DNA from: an uncultured Collinsella sp.
GTDB lineage: Bacteria; Actinomycetota; Coriobacteriia; Coriobacteriales; Coriobacteriaceae
Assembly (NCBI GenBank): GCA_900768435.1
Contig: CAAGCW010000003.1
Coordinates: forward strand, 4,599-68,598
DNA length: 64,000 bases
Direction of reading: 5' to 3'
Position numbers and translations under genes: made by a program. The notes below the pieces were generated by a model. The model was not told where the DNA came from, ran no database searches, and saw only the letters and a list, made by a program, of their open reading frames with translations. Shown piece by piece: positions 40,154 to 49,362 of the stretch. Positions within the stretch are counted from its first letter, which is position 1; each line of letters begins with the position of its first letter.

Positions 40154-40276
40154 CTAAGTGAGTAGGTCGTTTGGAAAATCTCAAGCAGACCGATTATCTT
40201 GTTTTGTAAAACCGCAGGTAGATAGCTTGTTGTAAAACGGTCTGGTCGGCAAAACGCGAATAGCCTACTCACTTAG
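40154..40276. repeat. 123-bp TIR-bounded element (copy 2)
   Basis: ctaagtgagtagg ... cctactcacttag. About 85% identical to copy 3. The right TIR encodes the L-S-E-stop end of the DUF559-like gene. Confidence 0.75.
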
Positions 40277-41398
40277 ATCGGTGACCGTCCACGATTGGGC
40301 CTTCTTGTATCTAACGGGCTTCCTTTTGTCGATTTCTCCCAGTTTTGACCAGTCAATGAATAGCTCAGACCGGAGTAGCGTCTCGGCCCTTTGCTCCTCC
40401 GGGCTTTTATCGCGATATTCAACATCGAGCATCCTGCATATGGCCTTCACGATCGCTCGAAATCTATCCGCATCGGATATCTGTCCGTGAGTCAGGAGAA
40501 GCACGTCGTAGCCCATGGCCTGTAGCGCCGTCATGCGATCGGCATCACGCAAACCGTCCCCCGCTCGCCCATGCGAGGCCTTTCCCTGGCATTCAATAGC
40601 AACCTGTCGCTCTCCGTCCGGCGAAGACAGAAGTAGGTCTATGTATACGCGGGACTTTCCTACAATCGCTCGAGCACTTGTGCTTAGCGCCACTTCGACA
40701 TTAAGTTCTATGCCGCAAAAACCTTCGCCTCCCAGGGATCGTGGCAACCCAAGCAACAAATACGTCTCAACCTCAAAAGGCGATGCTGCGCCCAGTGGAA
40801 CGAGATGCGATACCGCGACAAATCGCTTGCCGTAACGCATCCCACAAACATCTGAACAAAAACGGTCAAGATCTTCGCCCAAAACCAAAGCCTCGCGCCG
40901 CCACATATCTGAAGCGGTCCCGTCCTCGGACGGACAGCATGTCCAGCCAAAGTCTGCCGGAATCGACTTCGAATCAATTGCGCGCGAAAGCTCCGCCTCA
41001 AGTGCCGCCGGCAAGGCACACACCGCAAACAAGCCGCACACCTCTGCCAATACCAAAAGAAGCTGCAGATCCGTCAGATGCCGCGACATGATGAATGCCG
41101 TCAGCAGAGGAGACGTAACCAAAAACCCATGTTCCGTTTCTAGCACGGATTCCCTGGGGAGCTCGTCTAGGAACAGCCGCTGCCTAATGCTGACAGGGCA
41201 AGTCCGCTTGTTTCTCGTCCGAACCAATGTATACAATGGCAAGCCGAGTGCAACCGCAGCCGTCGGATTATGGACGAGGTCATGTCGCAGTCGGTCTTCT
41301 TCCGGCCGTGGAAGTGGCGGGCACAGAGCAAGGACCTGAGGGGGCAAGCGCCAGTATCTAAAAGCCGATATGTCACAAAGTAAGTCCTTCATAGACAC
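40265..41398 (-). CDS. DUF559 / Vsr-like endonuclease-domain protein
   Basis: C-terminal region VYIDLLL...IECQG..HGRAGDGLRDADRMTALQAMGYDVLLLT resembles the restriction-endonuclease-like DUF559 fold. Flanked by repeat copies 2 and 3. Confidence 0.45.
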   Translation of the reverse strand: MSMKDLLCDISAFRYWRLPPQVLALCPPLPRPEEDRLRHDLVHNPTAAVALGLPLYTLVRTRNKRTCPVSIRQRLFLDELPRESVLETEHGFLVTSPLLTAFIMSRHLTDLQLLLVLAEVCGLFAVCALPAALEAELSRAIDSKSIPADFGWTCCPSEDGTASDMWRREALVLGEDLDRFCSDVCGMRYGKRFVAVSHLVPLGAASPFEVETYLLLGLPRSLGGEGFCGIELNVEVALSTSARAIVGKSRVYIDLLLSSPDGERQVAIECQGKASHGRAGDGLRDADRMTALQAMGYDVLLLTHGQISDADRFRAIVKAICRMLDVEYRDKSPEEQRAETLLRSELFIDWSKLGEIDKRKPVRYKKAQSWTVTDLSE

Positions 41399-41573
41399 AG
41401 GGAAACACGAATTTCAACCCGGGCGCTCACGCATTGGCGCGAACGCACCGAAAAGGGGGCTGAACGGACTGCTGAGTTTTCAACAGCCCTGCCCAGCTGA
41501 CCAAAAGCTTGCCAAGAGCTGGACGGAGCACTGTTGAAAACCTGATGTTTCTCTCGCGCGGAAGCTTTGCGCA

Positions 41574-41696
41574 GCAAGTGAGTAGGCTTCTTGGAGCATC
41601 CCGAGCAGACAGTTCATCTTGTTTTGCAAAGCCGCAGGTAGACGGCTTGCTGCAAAACGGTCTGGTCGCCACCGCGCCAAAAGCCTACTCACTTAG
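41574..41696. repeat. 123-bp TIR-bounded element (copy 3)
   Basis: gcaagtgagtagg ... cctactcacttag. The right TIR encodes the L-S-E-stop end of pdxR. Confidence 0.75.
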
Positions 41697-43124
41697 GTTG
41701 GAGGGCGCGCCCATTAGCTCCAATTCCAGAGTATTTAGCGAGTTTGGACTCAAATTGTCGTACTGGACAAGGATTCGAGTCGAGTTTGAAGAGCCAAGTG
41801 CGCCATCGGGACACCAAAAACAGTCATTGATATCGATGTAAGGGATACTCGAGCGCGTGAGGGCGCGTGTAAAAGAGCTTCCGCCCGTATCACGCTGCGC
41901 AACTACGACGCAGTAGAGGCCGGCATCCGCGTGCTCGACCAAAAACTCCCCCGTCGGAAATGCCTTCCGCACAAGCGCTGCCAGACCATCGCGCGCCTCG
42001 CGAGCACGAACGCGCACGCGGTTCACATGCCGCTCGTAATCGCCCGATTCCAACAAACGCGCCAAAGCAACCTGGTCAACAGAACTCACCGATGAGGCAT
42101 AAAAGCCAAGGTCGCGCCTAAACCGCCTCATCAGCTCATCGGGCAACACCATGTATGCCAAACGCAACGCCGATGAAAGGCTCTTCGAAAACGTGTTGGT
42201 GTAGATAACCGACTGAGCGGCATCGATCGATGCGAGCGCGGGAATCGGCTTGCCGGCAAGGCGAAACTCACAATCGAAGTCATCTTCGATGAGATACCGA
42301 CCCGGCTGCTCGGCGGCCCAGCTCAGCAGCGCATAGCGACGCGCAATGCTCGTCACAAGGCCGGTCGGATACTGATGCGACGGCATCAGGTGAAGAACGT
42401 CTGCCTCAGCATTCAGCAGCTCACCCAAGCAAACGCCCTCGTTATCCAGCGGGATATGTCGAACTTCGCAACCCATAGCCTGATAGATGCGCGTCAGACG
42501 CAAATAGCCCGGATCCTCGACGGCATACACCTTGTCCGCGCCAAGCAACTGAACCAACATGGTATCGAGCAGCTGGGCACCTGCGCCGATTACGATGTTG
42601 TCAGGGTCGACATTCATACCCCTTGTCCCACGCAGATGACGCGCGATTGCTCGTCGTAGCCGAGCGGTGCCCTGCGCCGGAGCAGGCGAAAAGATTTCAC
42701 GTTCGTCTTCGGACGTCAGTGTCGCCCGAAGCGCACTTTGCCAAAGCCGCGCCGCCTCCAAAGCGGAAGGAGAAAGTGCGTCAAATCGCTCGGCCGGATC
42801 ATCGGCATCATGCGCGCCGGCGCCCATGGGAGCAGCATCTCGGTCGATATCCCCCGCAGCCAAAGCCAAAACCGGTGCATCCGGAAGCTCGCACGCGTAG
42901 TAGCCACGACGCGGCTTTGAGCAGATATAGCCCTCGGCAAGCAACTGGCTATATGCATTCTCGATGGTAATGACACTGATTCCCAGATGACTCGCAAAGG
43001 CGCGCTTGGACGGCAGATGCTCCCCCGCCGCAATGCGTCCGGCAACAATATCATCTCGAATTTGCTGGTAAACATATTCATAGAGCGATGATTCGCCACG
43101 ATTTTCCAAATTATAGTCAAGCAT
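41685..43124 (-). CDS. pdxR: MocR/GntR-family PLP-dependent regulator, likely PdxR
   Basis: N-terminal GntR HTH plus a class-I aminotransferase-like domain. Divergent from pdxST, the arrangement expected of PdxR. RBS aggtga. Confidence 0.7.
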   Translation of the reverse strand: MLDYNLENRGESSLYEYVYQQIRDDIVAGRIAAGEHLPSKRAFASHLGISVITIENAYSQLLAEGYICSKPRRGYYACELPDAPVLALAAGDIDRDAAPMGAGAHDADDPAERFDALSPSALEAARLWQSALRATLTSEDEREIFSPAPAQGTARLRRAIARHLRGTRGMNVDPDNIVIGAGAQLLDTMLVQLLGADKVYAVEDPGYLRLTRIYQAMGCEVRHIPLDNEGVCLGELLNAEADVLHLMPSHQYPTGLVTSIARRYALLSWAAEQPGRYLIEDDFDCEFRLAGKPIPALASIDAAQSVIYTNTFSKSLSSALRLAYMVLPDELMRRFRRDLGFYASSVSSVDQVALARLLESGDYERHVNRVRVRAREARDGLAALVRKAFPTGEFLVEHADAGLYCVVVAQRDTGGSSFTRALTRSSIPYIDINDCFWCPDGALGSSNSTRILVQYDNLSPNSLNTLELELMGAPSNLSE

Positions 43125-43269
43125 GAGTTTGTCACCTGACCTTATCGAGCTATTCAATCTGGTATTAGTCTGACCTTGTTATTATCTTCAAAACTGAGTA
43201 TTCCGCCATACCCAGCTCCCCGATAGGATGTTCCGTCAAGCAATGCACATGCCAACCAAGGGAGCAACC

Positions 43270-44160
43270 ATGGCAGAACAGATCAGCAGGGCCGATCGTG
43301 TCAAACTCAATCGCGAGCTCGCGCAGATGCTCAAGGGCGGCGTCATCATGGACGTCACCACGCCCGAGCAGGCACGCATCGCCGAAGAGGCGGGCGCCTG
43401 CGCCGTCATGGCACTCGAGCGCATCCCGGCCGACATCCGTGCCGCAGGCGGCGTCTCGCGCATGAGCGATCCCAAGATGATCAAGGGCATCCAAGAGGCT
43501 GTCTCCATCCCCGTTATGGCCAAGTGCCGCATCGGCCACATTGTCGAGGCGCAGATCCTGCAGGCCATCGAAATCGACTACATCGACGAGTCCGAGGTGC
43601 TCTCCCCCGCCGATGATGTCTATCACATCGACAAGACCCAGTTTGACGTGCCGTTTGTCTGCGGCGCCCGCGATCTGGGCGAGGCGTTGCGCCGTGTTGC
43701 CGAGGGCGCCACGATGATTCGTACCAAGGGCGAGCCGGGCACGGGCGACGTCGTTCAGGCCGTGCGCCATATGCGCAAGATCCAAAAGCAGATCCGCGAC
43801 GTTGTTGCTCTGCGCGACGACGAGCTCTTTGAGGCAGCCAAGCAGCTACAGGTTCCGGTCGAGCTGGTGCGCGAGGTCCATGCCACGGGCAAGCTCCCCG
43901 TCGTAAACTTTGCCGCCGGCGGAGTCGCGACCCCCGCCGACGCCGCGCTGATGATGCAGCTGGGCGCCGAGGGCGTCTTTGTTGGCTCGGGCATCTTTAA
44001 GAGCGGCGACCCCGCCAAGCGCGCCGCCGCCATCGTCAAGGCCGTGGCAAACTTCACCGACGCCAAGCTCATCGCCGAGCTTTCGGAGGACCTGGGCGAG
44101 GCCATGGTGGGCATCAACGCCGACGAAATCGAGATCATCATGGAGGAGCGCGGGCACTAG
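43270..44160 (+). CDS. pdxS: Pyridoxal 5'-phosphate synthase lyase subunit PdxS
   Basis: Near-canonical PdxS sequence (GGVIMDV, AKCRIGH). RBS aagggag. Confidence 0.9.
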   Translation: MAEQISRADRVKLNRELAQMLKGGVIMDVTTPEQARIAEEAGACAVMALERIPADIRAAGGVSRMSDPKMIKGIQEAVSIPVMAKCRIGHIVEAQILQAIEIDYIDESEVLSPADDVYHIDKTQFDVPFVCGARDLGEALRRVAEGATMIRTKGEPGTGDVVQAVRHMRKIQKQIRDVVALRDDELFEAAKQLQVPVELVREVHATGKLPVVNFAAGGVATPADAALMMQLGAEGVFVGSGIFKSGDPAKRAAAIVKAVANFTDAKLIAELSEDLGEAMVGINADEIEIIMEERGH

Positions 44161-44180
44161 TCCAGCAGAAAGGATCGCAC

Positions 44181-44768
44181 ATGAGCGATTATGCAGACCA
44201 AACGGTCGCCGTGCTGGCGGTACAGGGCGCTTTTGCCGAGCACGAGGCAAGACTGTCCGAGCTGGGCGCACGTTGTATCGAGCTGAGGCAGGCGGCCGAT
44301 TTGCAGCAGAACTTTGACCGCCTGGTCCTCCCCGGCGGCGAGTCCACCGTTCAAGGGAAACTGCTTGATGAGTTGGGCATGCTCGAGGAGCTTCGTACCC
44401 GTATCGCTGAAGGCATGCCCGTCCTGGGCACCTGCGCCGGCCTGATTCTGCTGGCTCACGACCTTGCCGCTCATGACGATAAGGGCACGCCGCGTTTGGC
44501 AACCATGGATGTGCTCGTTGAGCGCAATGCCTATGGCAGACAGCTCGGCAGTTTTCGCACCAAGGGACAGGTAGACGGCATCGACGGTGAAGTGCCGCTG
44601 ACATTTATCCGCGCGCCCCGCATCGTCGAGGTCCACGGCGACGCCAAGGCCTTGGCAGAGGTCGATGGCCGCATCGTCGCCGCCCGCCAGGGCAACCAGC
44701 TCGGCGTCACCTTCCACCCCGAGCTCGACGAAGACACCCGCCTCCACGAACTGTTCCTGCAAATGTAG
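44181..44768 (+). CDS. pdxT: Pyridoxal 5'-phosphate synthase glutaminase subunit PdxT
   Basis: Class I GATase with the nucleophile Cys in GTCAG. Confidence 0.85.
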   Translation: MSDYADQTVAVLAVQGAFAEHEARLSELGARCIELRQAADLQQNFDRLVLPGGESTVQGKLLDELGMLEELRTRIAEGMPVLGTCAGLILLAHDLAAHDDKGTPRLATMDVLVERNAYGRQLGSFRTKGQVDGIDGEVPLTFIRAPRIVEVHGDAKALAEVDGRIVAARQGNQLGVTFHPELDEDTRLHELFLQM

Positions 44769-44810
44769 GCAGAGTAGAAACGAGCGTGGATTTCCGGACA
44801 CAGAACAAAT

Positions 44811-44874
44811 GAGAGTGGATAATCTCCCACTTTGAGCTTGAATGCAGGCTCAAACCGGGAGATTATCCACTCTC
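44811..44874. repeat. Long hairpin 1 (18-bp perfect stem plus 7-bp inner stem)
   Basis: gagagtggataatctccc ... gggagattatccactctc. Confidence 0.7.
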
Positions 44875-44884
44875 ATCCTATGTA

Positions 44885-44936
44885 GTCGTTGGGGACGTTC
44901 TTAAACGACTAGTCAAACAAGAACGTCCCCAACGAC
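44885..44936. repeat. Long hairpin 2 (18-bp perfect stem; loop contains the gactagtc palindrome)
   Basis: gtcgttggggacgttctt ... aagaacgtccccaacgac. Confidence 0.7.
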
Positions 44937-45065
44937 CATATTGCGATAGACGACCACGTTTGCCCAGATAAAACCGACCAAATAAACCTGTCCCCTTTTG
45001 GTAGGTTTGGATCAAGGCAACGCCGATGTTTTGGCAACGCCAGCGAGCGCCGCCCAGGGCGAACA

Positions 45066-45108
45066 AGTTGGCATGAAAAAGGCAAGGCATAGACCTTCTG
45101 GTCATGCC
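45066..45108. terminator. Bidirectional intrinsic terminator
   Basis: aaaaaggcaaggcat ... atgccttgccttttg: perfect 14-bp stem with A and T tails. Confidence 0.6.
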
Positions 45109-45189
45109 TTGCCTTTTGAATGACAAATTGTCGCCCTGGGTGGCGCGCAGCGTCAACTAGTTACGCGGTTTGATAAAACCGCGTAACCC

Positions 45190-46098
45190 CTAAAAGCGGT
45201 TGCCGCGGAAGCCGCCACCGTTGCGGCCGCCACGGTCGCCACCGCGACCGCCGCGGTCGTTACCACGGTTGCCGCCGAAGCCACCACGGTTGCCACCGCG
45301 ATCGCCATAGCCACCACGGTTGCCACCAAAGCCGCCGCGACCGCCACGGTCGCCGCCACGGTCGCCAAAGCCGCCACGGCCACCGCGATCGCCACCGCGA
45401 CCGCCGCGGTCACCGCCACGGCCACCGCGATCGCCAAAGCCGCCGCGACCGCCACGGTCGCCGCCACGGCCACCGCGCTCGTCACGGCCGCCGCGAGGAC
45501 CGCGGTCCTCGTCCAGGCCCATGGCGACGAGCGGAGCGATAACCTTATCGAGAGCGGCCATCAGCTCGGTGGCCTCCTCGTAAGAAAGCTCGGGCAGGAG
45601 CTTCTCCTTCTTGTTGGCAAGCTCGGTCAGGCCCTCAGCGGCATCCTCGGCAGCGAAGACAACGATCTTGCGCATATCGCCCTCGGCGTCGTCGATGCGG
45701 CCGACCAGATCGGCAGCCTCGGCCTCGGCCATCAGGCCATCGAGCTCACGAAGGCGCATGCCCAGCAGGTCGGACATTTCCTTCTGCTCCATCTTGGGCT
45801 TGAGGTCAAGAAGCTTGATGGCGCGCTCGATGTTCGCCATGCGCTCGGCCTTGGCCTCCTCCTCCTTGGAAATAGCAAAGCGACGGCTGCGCAGCAGGCG
45901 GGCGGCCTTCTGCATCTTGTCCATCAGCTCTTCGTCATCGTAATCAGCGGCGGCCTCGACAACCTCGGCCTCCTCGGCGGAAACCTCGTCAGCAGCCTCA
46001 ACCTCAGCAGCTTCGGTCTCCACGGTCTCGACTGCCTCGACCTCGGCAGCCATGGTCTCGTTCTCGGTCTCGTTCATGATCTCTTCGTTCTCAGACAT
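45190..46098 (-). CDS. Protein with acidic N-terminus and C-terminal RGG/GRGGD tandem repeats (possible nucleic-acid-binding protein)
   Basis: About 20 repeats of the G[DF]RGGRGG type at the C-terminus, with the corresponding periodic DNA repeats at 45195..45490. RBS ggagtc. Confidence 0.55.
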   Translation of the reverse strand: MSENEEIMNETENETMAAEVEAVETVETEAAEVEAADEVSAEEAEVVEAAADYDDEELMDKMQKAARLLRSRRFAISKEEEAKAERMANIERAIKLLDLKPKMEQKEMSDLLGMRLRELDGLMAEAEAADLVGRIDDAEGDMRKIVVFAAEDAAEGLTELANKKEKLLPELSYEEATELMAALDKVIAPLVAMGLDEDRGPRGGRDERGGRGGDRGGRGGFGDRGGRGGDRGGRGGDRGGRGGFGDRGGDRGGRGGFGGNRGGYGDRGGNRGGFGGNRGNDRGGRGGDRGGRNGGGFRGNRF

Positions 46099-46250
46099 GA
46101 GACTCCTTCTTGGCCCTCTCGGGCATCATCGCCCCATTCGCGGGGCCCGTCGCGCACTCTTTGCGCCTTATACATTCATGCCTCTCGGCAAAACGTCCAT
46201 TAGTTTATGGTGTCGCCATCCAATCTAGCTGCAGAATCTATGTGCACACA

Positions 46251-47666
46251 TTAATGCGACATGTGCGACTCGCGGCGAGCGTACACCAGCGACACCGCGA
46301 ACCCGACAACGGCAATCACGGCCGCCACGCGCACGGCGGCTGCAAATCCTATCGCCTGGGCAACGTCCGACGCAACGCCCGCGGCGCCAGCAGCCACCGC
46401 AGAACTCGAAAGCAGGCCGATAAACAGCGACGGACCAAACGACGCGGCAATCATGTTCCACGTGTTGAGCAATGCCGTTCCGTGAGGATGCTCAGCGGCG
46501 GGCAACGTCTCCAGGCCGGCCGTCTGCGAGGGGCTCAGCACCAAACCGACACCGGCATACACCACAACGGTCAGCAGCACGACAACGCCGATGTTCATGC
46601 TTGCCGCGGTCATCGAGATTGCCGTCTGCCCCACAGCGATCAGGGCAAAGCCGACCGGCAGCAGCGGCCACGCACCACGGGCATCCATCACGCGTCCGCC
46701 CACAATCGAGGTCACGGCGTTGCAGGCGATCGCCGGCAAAATGAGCAAACCCGCGACAAGTGCGGTCATGCCGTATGCGCCCTCAAAATAGAGCGGCAAC
46801 AAAACGCTCATCGAGAACGTTGTCATCATCGACACCACCACAAGCAAACACGCAGGCCAAAAACGAACGCTCGCCATGGGACGCACGTTAAGCACCGGAT
46901 GCTCGAGCCTGAGCTGACGGACCGCAAACAGGCCGAGCAGCACAACGGCGACGAAAAGCGTCGCGATGCCGGCAATCAGATTGGTCGAGAACTCGCCTAC
47001 GGAATACACAAATGCCGTAATGCCGGCGGCGAGCAAAACAACCGACAGAATATCAAGCGTGGTGTTCGAGCGCTCTCCGACATTCTGAACGAGCTTTACA
47101 CCCGCAGCAGCAACCACAATGCCGCCCACCAGCGGCACTACGAACACCGCCCTCCAGCCAAACAACGTGCACATAAGACCGCTGATCACGGGTCCAAACG
47201 CCGGCCCCAGCGTAATACAGGCACCGCCCAGGCTCAGATACAGACCAAGCTTCTCGCGCGGGGCGCAAGACAGCACCACGTTCATCATGAGCGGGAACAA
47301 GATGCCCGATCCCGCAGCCTGCAAAATACGGCTTGGCAGCAAAACGCTAAATGACGGAGCGAACAGGCACAGGACTTCGCCGGCGACCATGCATCCGCAT
47401 GCGAAAAACAGCAGCCTGCGCGTCGAGAAACGGCCGGACAGGAAGGCCATGATGGCCGTAAAGATCGACGTCACGATCATGTAGCCCGAAACGAGCCACT
47501 GCGCCGTGGTGGCACTCACCGAAAAGGCTGCCATAATGTCGTGCAACGCCACGTTAATGATGTTCTCGTTAAACGCGGCAACAAAGGCTGCAATATACAT
47601 AACGACGAGAATCGCCGCAGTGGCCGATGGCCTTACTTTAACTTGTTGCTGAGATTTGCTCCCCAT
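46251..47666 (-). CDS. MFS transporter (14-TM, DHA2-like)
   Basis: Fourteen hydrophobic segments. Start at MGSKSQQQ with RBS gaggaagg. The longer 607 aa ORF extension is rejected. Confidence 0.7.
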   Translation of the reverse strand: MGSKSQQQVKVRPSATAAILVVMYIAAFVAAFNENIINVALHDIMAAFSVSATTAQWLVSGYMIVTSIFTAIMAFLSGRFSTRRLLFFACGCMVAGEVLCLFAPSFSVLLPSRILQAAGSGILFPLMMNVVLSCAPREKLGLYLSLGGACITLGPAFGPVISGLMCTLFGWRAVFVVPLVGGIVVAAAGVKLVQNVGERSNTTLDILSVVLLAAGITAFVYSVGEFSTNLIAGIATLFVAVVLLGLFAVRQLRLEHPVLNVRPMASVRFWPACLLVVVSMMTTFSMSVLLPLYFEGAYGMTALVAGLLILPAIACNAVTSIVGGRVMDARGAWPLLPVGFALIAVGQTAISMTAASMNIGVVVLLTVVVYAGVGLVLSPSQTAGLETLPAAEHPHGTALLNTWNMIAASFGPSLFIGLLSSSAVAAGAAGVASDVAQAIGFAAAVRVAAVIAVVGFAVSLVYARRESHMSH

Positions 47667-47871
47667 GCATTTCCTTCCTCTTGGAACGACAGTCGCATCG
47701 CCCCAGAGGAACAGTCCAGGGCGAAAAATGAGCCCTAGACTTACGCCAGACGCCGCACACGACGAGTCTGACAACATGGTCCAACGTCGATAGATTGTAA
47801 CGCGGACGCACAGCTTTCCTTCCGCGCTATTATTAAAAGTCCACGAAAGCATAAGACATGAGGAGCCCACC

Positions 47872-48279
47872 ATGATACCCATCATGAAATCCGAGTTCTT
47901 TTTGCGCCTGCCTTCCGAAGACGCGGGACCCGACGACGCCGCGACCGGGCAGGACCTCCTGGATACGCTCCACGAGCATGAGCACGAGTGCGTGGGCCTC
48001 GCCGCCAACATGATCGGCGTGCGCAAACGCATCATCTGCGTAAAGGACGGCAACAGGACACTCCTGATGTACAACCCTCAAATTCTTGAGCAGGTCAATG
48101 CCTATCAGACGAGCGAAGGATGTCTCTCGCTGATCGGCGAGCGTCCCTGTACACGCTATCGCCGCATTAAGGTTGAGTATTTGGACGAGAACTTCGTCCA
48201 CCGCATCAAAAACTTCTCGGGCTACACCGCCGAGATCATCCAGCACGAAATCGACCACTGCAACGGCGTCGTGGTTTAG
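47872..48279 (+). CDS. Short peptide-deformylase-like protein (motif 1 Gln replaced by Met)
   Basis: Carries GLAANMIG, EGCLS and HEIDHCNG. At 135 aa it lacks the usual C-terminal helix. Confidence 0.6.
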   Translation: MIPIMKSEFFLRLPSEDAGPDDAATGQDLLDTLHEHEHECVGLAANMIGVRKRIICVKDGNRTLLMYNPQILEQVNAYQTSEGCLSLIGERPCTRYRRIKVEYLDENFVHRIKNFSGYTAEIIQHEIDHCNGVVV

Positions 48280-48315
48280 GCCACCTGACAAAATGAGGGT
48301 ACCGGAGGCCTCCCT

Positions 48316-49239
48316 ATGGATATCAGCCGCTTTGGCGAATTCGCCATCTTAGCGCAGTCACGCACGTTTCTCGATGCGGCGGAACTGCTTTTCATGTCGC
48401 AATCAACCCTCTCCAAGCACATCATGGCAATGGAGCACGAACTCGGCTGCAAGCTCATCGATCGAAGCAAGCGCCACGTAACACTCACCGCGCAAGGTGA
48501 AGCGCTCCTCCCCTATGCGCAAAAAATTGCGACGCTTCAGCATCGCTATCTTGCCGCCATTCAAATAGGTGCAGATGAGCCGCTCGAGCACCTCACCGTC
48601 GGTTCTATCCCCATTATGGCCCCTTATGGGATTACGGACGCCGTCATCGATTTTCAGCAGGCGAACCCCTCATATTCTGTCGAGCTCATCGAAGGCGAGG
48701 GCGACACACTCAAGCGCATGCTCCTGCACGAGGACATTGACCTGGCCTTCATCCGCGACAGCGGCGCCATCGAGCCGGAGTTCAAAAAGATTCCCTTTAC
48801 GACCGACCGGCTCGTGGCCGTCCTTTCGCTCGACCATCCACTCGCCGAACGTGACACCGTCGAGATAGACGACCTTATCGACGAGAATTTCCTCATGCTT
48901 CCCCAAGGCTCGTTCGTAAGCGAGCTCGTCCTTTCCCTTTGTCGCAAAGCTGGATTTGGCCCACGTGTTACGTTCACCGGCAAACGAGCCGAGAACATCA
49001 TCTCTCTTGTCGCACGCGGCGCCGGTGTCTCATTCCTCATGCGCAAGCCGGCGGAATCGCTTGCCAGCGGAAAGGTAGCCCTGGTGCCGCTTGAGCCCGC
49101 GACGACCTCCGAGGTCAGGCTCTACCTCAAGCGGAACGCCGCGCACTCGCAGGCGGTCGTCTCGTTCATCGGCTTCCTCCCCTACCGTCAGCTCCTGCAG
49201 GGCGACCGTGCGTCTTCCACCGCGGCACGACCGTCATAA
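48316..49239 (+). CDS. LysR-family transcriptional regulator
   Basis: N-terminal LysR HTH (TLSKHIMAMEHELGCKL) and a C-terminal substrate-binding domain. Confidence 0.75.
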   Translation: MDISRFGEFAILAQSRTFLDAAELLFMSQSTLSKHIMAMEHELGCKLIDRSKRHVTLTAQGEALLPYAQKIATLQHRYLAAIQIGADEPLEHLTVGSIPIMAPYGITDAVIDFQQANPSYSVELIEGEGDTLKRMLLHEDIDLAFIRDSGAIEPEFKKIPFTTDRLVAVLSLDHPLAERDTVEIDDLIDENFLMLPQGSFVSELVLSLCRKAGFGPRVTFTGKRAENIISLVARGAGVSFLMRKPAESLASGKVALVPLEPATTSEVRLYLKRNAAHSQAVVSFIGFLPYRQLLQGDRASSTAARPS

Positions 49240-49301
49240 TCCCCGTTGCTCCACAACCGCAGGCTTGTGTCCGCAAACACGCTGACAACGGCACAAAACA
49301 C

Positions 49302-49341
49302 AAATATGCCTCGGGCGGCACGTCACCGTCCGAGGCATATT
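49302..49341. terminator. Bidirectional terminator (13-bp perfect stem)
   Basis: aaatatgcctcgg ... ccgaggcatattt. Confidence 0.55.
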
Positions 49342-49362
49342 TAGTTAAAGTGTGCAGACAGA

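Noticed and set aside
46110-47354. 414-aa plus-strand ORF antisense to the MFS transporter
   Set aside because: Arg/His-rich nonsense-like composition. The MFS frame has 14 TM helices.
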